From contig JBBQPO010000168.1 of the NCBI GenBank assembly GCA_038217285.1, positions 1-13,361 of the forward strand: a stretch of DNA of 13,361 nucleotides, read 5' to 3'. Below the pieces are notes generated by a model that saw nothing but the letters and a program-made list of their open reading frames with translations, was not told where the DNA came from and did not search any database. The DNA comes from Chthonomonadales bacterium (GTDB lineage: Bacteria; Armatimonadota; Chthonomonadetes; Chthonomonadales; Chthonomonadaceae). How positions within the stretch are numbered: position 1 is the stretch's first letter; each line of letters begins with the position of its first letter. Positions 6,783 to 13,361 of this stretch are shown piece by piece. A program made the position numbers and the translations under genes.

Positions 6783-8744
6783 TTACTCCAATGCTGCCGT
6801 GCCCCACATCTCCGGACGACCCCAGACGCCGCCCCAGAACGACCAGGCCAACCGGGACTTGTTCACGTCTTCACCGACGCGCGCGTCTCTTTTGCCCGCA
6901 TGGTACAAAATGACATTAAAACCCAACTTGCGGCCCTTCACGGGGTGGAAGGAGGGAGAGGTATGCAGGGCTTTCCAGGGAATGCGCGCCTCCACGACAT
7001 AGCCCGATGCCGTGCGGCGCGAAGCCAGTCGAATGCCAGGCTCCTTCCTATCAGTAGGACCGGGATTCGCGTCAGCGTCGCGCGCGCCCCGAACATGCCC
7101 GGTCGTATCAGCAGGAAAGATGCCTAGTTTGAGCGTACCAAACGTGTTTTCAGATCGCGGACTTGGATCGATGCAAATTTCTGTACTGGTGCTGCGCCAG
7201 TGTGCTTTGATGTCGTCAGGGGCGATGTTGCTCACTACGATGTCATCGGTGACCTCGACCAACACCTGTATGCCGGCGTCGTCATATCCGACGAAAAAGC
7301 GTCCACTCACCTCCTGCGCACTGCCCGGCGTTCCTTGCGCCGTATTACCGGGGGGGATAGCGACGGGCTTCAGGGACAGTTTTCCCCATTTGGCCACGTC
7401 CGCATCGACAGGCATCGCCTGCGCCAGGCGTTGAACTCGCAGTTGCGGCAGTGCATCCAGTTTGCCTGTATCGAAGTCCGTCCCACCTTCAATCTGCGCC
7501 GTGATATCATAACTGGCAAGAGGGGTCGTCGAAGGAGCCAGGACTTGAAACGAGACCAGAACGGTTCTGCCCGGCGCCACCGCAAAAGGCTTTCTCGTCG
7601 CCTCGGATTTCCAGTCGGTCGGCAGTTTCAAGGCGACAATGCCCTGCTGTTGGGTTAAGGAACGATTGGTCACTTCTACGATGACGGGCGAGAAGGCGCC
7701 AAGGGTGACAGGCACATGTGCAGGAAGACGCGTCATCAAGCGTTCAATTCCATTGGTTCGCAGCCAATTCCGATAGTTGCGCACTGCCGGGCTGGATTGG
7801 ATGCGCGCCTCGACTGATCGGGTAGAATTGGGCGTTTGAAACGGTTCCTTAGCGGAGAAGGGGACTTCCCCCTTTGTATTGGCAAAGAGATCGGTTTCCC
7901 CGTGCGGATCATGGGCGACCCGCGACTTTACCAGGATAAAGCGATCCGGACGTGACCGAGCGTTCCCGGTTGGAGCCGTGCCAAAATACTTGTCGAATCC
8001 CTGACTGCGGTGATTGCTTTCAGCAAGACGGGCTATGTCCGTATAATGCTTGCCCGCCGACAGGATCGCCAGCGCCCCCGTTGCCACTCCATCGGTCTCT
8101 ACCTGTGTCTCACTATTCGCTCCGCCCCCCGCCCAGTAGAGTTTTTGGGCGCGCCAGGGAGCCAATCCTTCCTCTCTCCATAGTTCCGGGAATACTTTCG
8201 GGTCTGCTGCCGCTTCAAAGGCCTCCGTCGCCAATCTGCCAGCCGCTTGATGATGCCCATGCTGCCCGCCGCTCGGAGCCGCATCCATGGTGGCGATGAC
8301 GTCCGGCTTTAGAATGCGCACCAACCGCACAAGCCGCCGAAGTGTCTCGTCATGTCCCCACTTCGCCATCGTTGCCTGGACGCTCTCCGTATAGGCCCAG
8401 TCCGGCTGGTTGAGAAAGTAGAGATAGCGCGTACCGAGCAGAGTCAGGCAGCGTCGAAGTTCGGCCTCCCGCACGATCCCTAAGGCCGCGTGACTCTCTT
8501 TGCCTGCGCTATTTCCTCCGCCTTCCCCGTGTGTGCAGACGACCAGGGAGACAACGCGCCCTTCATCGGCATAGCGCGCCATTGTAGCCGCCATCATGCT
8601 CTCATCGTCCGGGTGCGCCGTGACGATAAGCAGATCGGTCTTCATCATGGAGGTGTTAGGCGGCACGACCTCCTGCGCTCCCACCCACTTCAGTGCGAGA
8701 AACAGCAGGAATGTCGTAAACCACACCGAAAGTTGATATTTCAA
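6783..8744 (-). CDS. Secreted PIG-L/LmbE-family deacetylase with NEW3-like and C-terminal CBM9-like sugar-binding domains
   Basis: Likely TTG start at 8744 after GAGAGGA, with a signal peptide ending VGA^Q. AHPDDE, THGEGG, REAEL and HGHH motifs. VEVTN...LKLPTDW...VAPG..VSFQV is NEW3-like. VDADVAKW...VGYDDAGIQVLVEVTDD...GYVVEARIPW is CBM9-like. Confidence 0.85.
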   Translation of the reverse strand: MKYQLSVWFTTFLLFLALKWVGAQEVVPPNTSMMKTDLLIVTAHPDDESMMAATMARYADEGRVVSLVVCTHGEGGGNSAGKESHAALGIVREAELRRCLTLLGTRYLYFLNQPDWAYTESVQATMAKWGHDETLRRLVRLVRILKPDVIATMDAAPSGGQHGHHQAAGRLATEAFEAAADPKVFPELWREEGLAPWRAQKLYWAGGGANSETQVETDGVATGALAILSAGKHYTDIARLAESNHRSQGFDKYFGTAPTGNARSRPDRFILVKSRVAHDPHGETDLFANTKGEVPFSAKEPFQTPNSTRSVEARIQSSPAVRNYRNWLRTNGIERLMTRLPAHVPVTLGAFSPVIVEVTNRSLTQQQGIVALKLPTDWKSEATRKPFAVAPGRTVLVSFQVLAPSTTPLASYDITAQIEGGTDFDTGKLDALPQLRVQRLAQAMPVDADVAKWGKLSLKPVAIPPGNTAQGTPGSAQEVSGRFFVGYDDAGIQVLVEVTDDIVVSNIAPDDIKAHWRSTSTEICIDPSPRSENTFGTLKLGIFPADTTGHVRGARDADANPGPTDRKEPGIRLASRRTASGYVVEARIPWKALHTSPSFHPVKGRKLGFNVILYHAGKRDARVGEDVNKSRLAWSFWGGVWGRPEMWGTAALE

Positions 8745-8768
8745 AGGTGTTCCTCTCTCGAATTGCTC

Positions 8769-8797
8769 ATTGTAGCATGAATACAAATTAATGGCGA
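8769..8797 (-). promoter_or_regulatory. Putative sigma70-type promoter of the PIG-L gene
   Basis: Minus strand TCGCCA-N17-TACAAT with an extended TG, about 25 nt before the TTG start. Confidence 0.55.
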
Positions 8798-8910
8798 CAG
8801 GACTGCCTTCCGTCTGCACAGCGGCTTTCGGCAGGAGAAGACTACCGCCCCGGCGAACTCTGGGGGGACCTATAACGGAAAGTAAACAGGTAAAATGAAT
8901 AGGATTTCAC

Positions 8911-8990
8911 CGCCTAATGTCCTCCGCTGTCACCACTGGGTGACAGAGATGGAAGGACAAGCCCCCGACGTTTACGTGGGGGTATCTGAC
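8911..8990 (+). mobile_element. IS200/IS605-family right-end relic (3' part of a TnpB-type omega/reRNA scaffold); no tnpA or tnpB in the window
   Basis: CAAG, then imperfect hairpin CCCCCgACG-TTTA-CGTGGGGG, then TATC-TGAC. It is preceded by a nested hairpin (TGTCCTCC/GGAAGGACA enclosing CTGTCACC/GGTGACAG). The layout matches IS200/IS605 right ends from memory. The left boundary is uncertain. Confidence 0.7.
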
Positions 8991-9229
8991 TCATCCGTAT
9001 CTCGACCCGTCGCGCCGCCGACACAACCCTGTTCGCCGAACTGACGGAGCGGGAGATCGAAGTGCTGAAAGAGGTGGCGACCGGCAAGCGCAACCGGGAG
9101 ATCGGCGAGACTCTGTTCATCAGCGAAAAGACCGTCAAAAACCATATCAGCAACATTCTGGCCAAACTGAATGCCAACGACCGTACCGAAGCCGCAATGC
9201 TGGTCGCCCGACACGGTCTGACCGAATAG
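8991..9229 (+). pseudogene. 5'-truncated NarL/LuxR-family response regulator (only linker and HTH remain)
   Basis: My translation: [78 protein letters not shown]. In-frame TGA at 8987-8989, no ATG/GTG/TTG before the HTH, no receiver domain. Confidence 0.85.
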
Positions 9230-9267
9230 TTTTCCATCATTATCAATTGACCGAAGGAGACGACGCT

Positions 9268-10029
9268 TTGTCTGAAACACCGATCCGTGTCACCGTGTGG
9301 GGCGAGAACCTGCACGAGAAGTCCCATGAGAAAGTCAAAGCCGTCTATCCCGATGGCATGCATACCGTGATCGCCGCCGGAATTCGGGAGAATCTAGGAG
9401 AGCGTGTTACGGTTCGCACCGCGACACTGGACCAGCCCGAGCACGGCCTTACAGACGAAGTGCTGCAACAGACCGATGTCCTGACCTGGTGGGGACATAT
9501 GGGGCATCATCTGGTCGATAACGCGGTCGTGGACCGGGTGCATGACCGCGTCTTGTCTGGCATGGGTTTGATCGTGTTGCACTCCGGGCACTGGTCGAAG
9601 ATCTTCACGCGGCTTATGGGGACCACCTGCGCCCTGCGCTGGCGCGACGATGACCGCGAGACGGTCTGGACAGTCAACCCCGGCCATCCCATTGCCGCCG
9701 GCGTACCGCCCGTTTTCCAGATACCAGAGCAGGAGATGTATGGCGAATATTTCGATATTCCGCAGCCCGACGAGCTGGTCTTTCTCAGCACCTTTACCGG
9801 TGGTGAAGTGTTCCGCAGCGGCTGCTGCTTTACGCGCGGGCAGGGCCGCATATTCTTCTTCAGTCCCGGCCATGAGACCTATCCGGTCTACTATCAGTCG
9901 GAGGTGCGACGCGTGATCTCCAACGCAGTCGGCTGGGCCTACTCCGCGCCGCGCCCGCGCTATGCGACCTCCACCTGCGTTCAGTCGCCGCTCGGCTGGT
10001 TTCAGCCGAAAACCGACAAGGCCGAATAG
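9268..10029 (+). CDS. thuA: ThuA-like (trehalose utilization) protein
   Basis: TTG start after [59 protein letters not shown] and [10 protein letters not shown] are typical ThuA motifs. Confidence 0.92.
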   Translation: MSETPIRVTVWGENLHEKSHEKVKAVYPDGMHTVIAAGIRENLGERVTVRTATLDQPEHGLTDEVLQQTDVLTWWGHMGHHLVDNAVVDRVHDRVLSGMGLIVLHSGHWSKIFTRLMGTTCALRWRDDDRETVWTVNPGHPIAAGVPPVFQIPEQEMYGEYFDIPQPDELVFLSTFTGGEVFRSGCCFTRGQGRIFFFSPGHETYPVYYQSEVRRVISNAVGWAYSAPRPRYATSTCVQSPLGWFQPKTDKAE

Positions 10030-10045
10030 AAGGAGAACGTATCCG

Positions 10046-11062
10046 ATGGCAGCATTCAAAGCCGTTCTCGTGGGTGCAGGGGGGATGGGCAAGGCGTGGG
10101 GGCGCAATCTGGCCGCCTGCGATGAGGTGGAGATGGTCGGGTGGGTGGACATTCGCCCGGAAGCGGCGGCGGCGGCGGCGGAAGAGCTAAAGCTTGCGCC
10201 CGGCTATACCGGAGACGATCTCGGCAAGGCGATCTCCACCATGAAGCCCGACTTCGTGGTCGATGTGACCATTCCGGAAGCGCACAAAGGAGTGACATTG
10301 ACCGCTCTGGCGGCCGGAATCCCGGTGATCGGGGAGAAGCCGATGGCGGAGAGCATGGCGAGCGCTCGGGAGATGGTCGCGGCCTCGGAAAAGGCGAACA
10401 AGCTCTACATGGTCAGCCAGAGCCGCCGATACGATGCCCGGCTGCACGCCTACCGCAAACTGATCGCCGACCATGTCGGGCCGCTCGGCATTCTCAACTC
10501 CGACTTCTATATCGGCGCGCATTTCGGAGGCTTCCGCGACGAGATGCCGAGTCCGCTAATGCTCGACATGGCGATTCATACCCTCGATGCCGCCCGTTAT
10601 CTCTGTAATGCCGATCCGGTTGCGGTCTACTGCGACGAGTTCAATCCGGCCTGGAGCTGGTACAATGGTGATGTCAGCGCGACCGCCATCTTCGAGATGA
10701 GCAGCGGCCTCCGCTACACCTATCGGGGCAGTTGGTGCGCGGAAGGACGCCCCACTTCGTGGGAGGCGGACTGGCGGGCCGTGGGGCCGCGCGGCACGGC
10801 GACCTGGGACGGACACAGCGCGATCCAGGCCGATATCGTCAAAGAAGTAACCGGCTTTCATGCCACGACCGAGCCGCAAATCGGAGCGGTCGAAGAGGGC
10901 GCGCCTTCCGGAATCGCAGGCTCCCTGCGCGACTTCCTCCACGCCCTCAAGACCGGTGCGACTCCCATGGGAGAGTGCCACGACAACATCAAGAGCCTCG
11001 CGATGGTCTTCGCGGCCATCGAGTCCGCCGCCCTCAAACAGAGGATCCCGGTGCAAGTCTAA
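10046..11062 (+). CDS. Gfo/Idh/MocA family NAD(P)-dependent oxidoreductase
   Basis: ATG at 10046 after AAGGAG. Rossmann LVGAGGMG, GEKPMA and LDMAIHTLD motifs. Only 16 nt downstream of thuA, so likely one operon. Confidence 0.92.
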   Translation: MAAFKAVLVGAGGMGKAWGRNLAACDEVEMVGWVDIRPEAAAAAAEELKLAPGYTGDDLGKAISTMKPDFVVDVTIPEAHKGVTLTALAAGIPVIGEKPMAESMASAREMVAASEKANKLYMVSQSRRYDARLHAYRKLIADHVGPLGILNSDFYIGAHFGGFRDEMPSPLMLDMAIHTLDAARYLCNADPVAVYCDEFNPAWSWYNGDVSATAIFEMSSGLRYTYRGSWCAEGRPTSWEADWRAVGPRGTATWDGHSAIQADIVKEVTGFHATTEPQIGAVEEGAPSGIAGSLRDFLHALKTGATPMGECHDNIKSLAMVFAAIESAALKQRIPVQV

Positions 11063-11916
11063 CGGCGAGCGTGCGTCTTCAGCCTGTCCAGCAGGGCGAG
11101 AGGGGCAGGCTGATCGCCTTCGACGTGTCCGAGGAAGACCGTGGGCTTGACGGTGGGGCCGTGGAAGTCGGAGCCTCCGGTCGTCAACAGGCCATGTCGG
11201 TCGGCCAGGGCGAGATAGTGGGCGTTCTCTGCCGGAGTATGTCGGTTGTAGCGGGCCTCGATGCCGTCGAGGCCCAGGGAATGCAGGTGCAGGATCTCGG
11301 CCTCTGTACCGGCCTGGTCGCGCTTCAAATTGTTGGGGTGCGCCAATAGTGCGATGCCGCCTGCGCCGTGAATCAGCGCGATGCACTCCTCGGGAGTCAG
11401 CCGGTCCCGATCTACATACGCCTTCGCGCCTTTGCCCAGATAGTCGTCGAAGGCTTGCTGCATCGAGGTCACGTAGCCTTTGCGCAGCAGCACTTTGGCG
11501 AAGTGGGGCCGCGCCACGACCAGCCCGCCCGACTCCGCCTTGACCTCCTCCAGCGTGATATCGAAATGCAGTTCGTTCCGCATCTTCTCGACGATCAGCC
11601 CGTTGCGCTTGTCGCGGTTTTCGATCACCTCCCGCAGGCGATCATTCAGCGTCGGATCGGCCGGGTCGATCAGCAGTCCTAGAATATGGCACTGTCCGAC
11701 CTCGACCTCCGCGCTCAGTTCGATCCCCGGCACGATCTCAACACCGAATCGCTGGCCCGCCTCCAGCGCCTCCGCCAGGCCCGCAGTGGTATCGTGGTCC
11801 GTGACGGCGAGAGCGGTCAGCCCGATCTCGCGGGCCTGTTGAACAAGCTGAGTAGGGGACTGGTCGCCGTCGGAGGCCGTGGTGTGTGCATGCAGATCCA
11901 GGGTTCGGTCGTTCAA
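11059..11916 (-). CDS. PHP-domain phosphoesterase (YciV/TrpH-like; candidate 3',5'-nucleoside bisphosphate phosphatase)
   Basis: DLHAHTTASDG, AVTDHDT, GIELS, HILG, RPHFA, LAHP and GGSDFHG motifs. Likely TTG start at 11916 after AAAGGT; the ORF track start at 11979 overlaps cysC. Confidence 0.9.
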   Translation of the reverse strand: MNDRTLDLHAHTTASDGDQSPTQLVQQAREIGLTALAVTDHDTTAGLAEALEAGQRFGVEIVPGIELSAEVEVGQCHILGLLIDPADPTLNDRLREVIENRDKRNGLIVEKMRNELHFDITLEEVKAESGGLVVARPHFAKVLLRKGYVTSMQQAFDDYLGKGAKAYVDRDRLTPEECIALIHGAGGIALLAHPNNLKRDQAGTEAEILHLHSLGLDGIEARYNRHTPAENAHYLALADRHGLLTTGGSDFHGPTVKPTVFLGHVEGDQPAPLALLDRLKTHARR

Positions 11917-11950
11917 CGTGCGGTACCTTTCGTGGCGGGCGGTGGGCCGT

Positions 11951-12505
11951 TCAGCGTCCGCCGATGATGCCCTGTTCAATCAGATAGTTCAAGATGCGAT
12001 CCGCCGATTCCTGGATGCTCTCCTGGCTGGTAAGCGCCGTCACCTCTGGATTTTCCGGTGGCTCATAGGGATCGGACACCCCCGTGAAGTTCTTGATCTC
12101 GCCTGCCAACGCGCGTTTGTAGAGGCCCTTCACATCCCGTGCGACGACCGCTTCCAGAGGGGCATGGGCAAAGATCTCGACGAAGGCGGCACGGCCTTCG
12201 CGCTCGGTTTCGGCGCGGATCTCCTCGCGAATGGCGCGGTAGGGGGAGATGGCGGCGGTGACGGCGAGAACGCCGTTGCGGGCCAGCAGACGTGCTACCC
12301 AGCCGATTCGGCGCACATTGGTGTCGCGATCTTCCTTGGAAAAACTCAGGCCCTGCGAAAGATGGGTGCGTATCTCGTCACCGTCCAGCAGTTCTACCTT
12401 ATAACTGCGGCTTCGAAATTCGGTGACCAGCGTTTCGGCCAGTGTCGATTTGCCTGCGCCGGACAGGCCGGTGAACCACAGGACAGCGCCCTGATGGGAA
12501 CTCAT
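11951..12505 (-). CDS. cysC: Adenylyl-sulfate (APS) kinase
   Basis: WFTGLSGAGKST P-loop, LLDGDEIR, ISPY, RDVKGLY and FTGVSDPYEPP motifs. Confidence 0.96.
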   Translation of the reverse strand: MSSHQGAVLWFTGLSGAGKSTLAETLVTEFRSRSYKVELLDGDEIRTHLSQGLSFSKEDRDTNVRRIGWVARLLARNGVLAVTAAISPYRAIREEIRAETEREGRAAFVEIFAHAPLEAVVARDVKGLYKRALAGEIKNFTGVSDPYEPPENPEVTALTSQESIQESADRILNYLIEQGIIGGR

Positions 12506-12562
12506 CGTCGCGTTTCCTTACCCAGGCCGGAGGCGGGAAACCAACCCCTTTCCCGGCGCGTA

Positions 12563-12613
12563 TTGACTAATAGAAGAGGATTGTACTATAATCCTATTGA
12601 TTTAGTCAAGATT
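12563..12613. promoter_or_regulatory. Overlapping divergent sigma70-type promoters for cysH and cysC, with a putative Rrf2-family operator
   Basis: Plus strand TTGACT(12563)-N18-TATAAT(12587-12592). Minus strand TTGACT(12609-12604)-N18-TACAAT(12585-12580). AT-rich AATCTTGACTAAATCAATAGGATTAT on the minus strand resembles IscR/CymR-type boxes. Confidence 0.7.
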
Positions 12614-12652
12614 GAATCAAGCACGCTAAATAGCTTGGGAGTCCAGAACGCG

Positions 12653-13361
12653 ATGACGACGTTAGAACGCACGACCGCTCCCTCTCCGGAGGAGTTGAAG
12701 GCCATCAGCGACCGGTTTGAACGGAGTACTCCGGAAGAGATACTGCAGTGGGCTGTCGAGACCTACGGCGCTGGCCTGACGATGGCGACGGCCTTCGGGG
12801 CCGAAGGTTGCGCCCTGCTTGCCATGCTCGGGGACACGGTGCCGGACGGCCGTTCGGTGCATGTCTTCAACCTGGAGACGGGCTACCAGTTCGCGGAGAC
12901 GCTGGAGCTGCGGGAGCGCATTAAGGAAAAATACGGGATCGAGGTCGAATATGTGCGCGCAAAGGAGACCGTTGCGGAGATGGAGGCGCGTTTCGGCGGC
13001 CCGATCTACGGCACGGATCCGGACCTGTGCTGCGGCATCCGCAAGGTCGCTCCGCTGAAAGACGCGCTGGCTGGGCACACCGCCTGGATCACCGCTATTC
13101 GCCGCGATCAGACGTCACACCGTGCGCAGGCGGACATCGTCGAGTGGGATCCCAAATTCAACCTTGTCAAGATCAACCCGCTCGCCAACTGGTCGAAGGG
13201 TGAGGTCTGGGCCTATATCGCCATCAACGAAGTGCCGTACAATCCGCTGCACGATCAGGGCTATCCGAGCATCGGCTGCTGGCCCTGCACTCGCGCCGTC
13301 GCAAAAGACGAAGACGATCGATCCGGGCGCTGGGCCTCCTCCGCGAAACTGGAATGCGGCC
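12653..13361 (+). CDS. cysH: APS/PAPS reductase, 4Fe-4S type (partial, runs off the right edge)
   Basis: My translation, not in the ORF track: MTTLERTTAPSPEELKAISDRFERSTPEEILQWAVETYG...TAFGAEG...LETGYQFAET...DLCCGIRKV...WITAIRRDQ...KINPLANW...GYPSIGCWPCT...RSGRW...KLECG. Confidence 0.95.
   Translation, partial: MTTLERTTAPSPEELKAISDRFERSTPEEILQWAVETYGAGLTMATAFGAEGCALLAMLGDTVPDGRSVHVFNLETGYQFAETLELRERIKEKYGIEVEYVRAKETVAEMEARFGGPIYGTDPDLCCGIRKVAPLKDALAGHTAWITAIRRDQTSHRAQADIVEWDPKFNLVKINPLANWSKGEVWAYIAINEVPYNPLHDQGYPSIGCWPCTRAVAKDEDDRSGRWASSAKLECG

Noticed and set aside
8895-9044. 49-codon ATG ORF that could reach the LuxR frame by a -1 frameshift
   Set aside because: It runs through the IS-end hairpins, has no receiver-like sequence and no obvious slippery site.
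8914-9363. Minus-strand ORFs 8914-9363 and 8972-9280
   Set aside because: Antisense shadows of the LuxR HTH and thuA start.
10163-10181. (GCG)n trinucleotide run
   Set aside because: In-frame poly-Ala tract in the oxidoreductase; triplet changes would not phase-vary the gene.
11059-11062. 4-nt overlap of convergent stop codons (oxidoreductase and PHP gene)
   Set aside because: A common arrangement in compact bacterial genomes.

Overview
GC-rich bacterial chromosomal window. The protein style suggests Armatimonadota, which is an unverified inference. Left to right: a large, 3'-truncated secreted or outer-membrane-type repeat protein (minus strand, absent from the ORF track); an orphan membrane-anchored anti-sigma factor preceded by two ECF-type promoters; an RbsD/FucU mutarotase whose last 29 bp are duplicated in tandem; a DUF4397-like lipoprotein; a small membrane protein; a bidirectional terminator; an alpha/beta hydrolase; a secreted multi-domain PIG-L deacetylase; a ~80-90 bp IS200/IS605 (TnpB omega-RNA-type) right-end relic fused to a start-less LuxR HTH fragment; a thuA + Gfo/Idh/MocA operon; and a sulfate assimilation module (PHP phosphatase <- cysC / cysH ->) around a palindromic dual-promoter region with an Rrf2-like box. 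The most interesting signals are the IS200/IS605 end-LuxR junction, the PHP phosphatase as a possible CysQ substitute, the ECF promoter set with the orphan anti-sigma, and the repeat protein.
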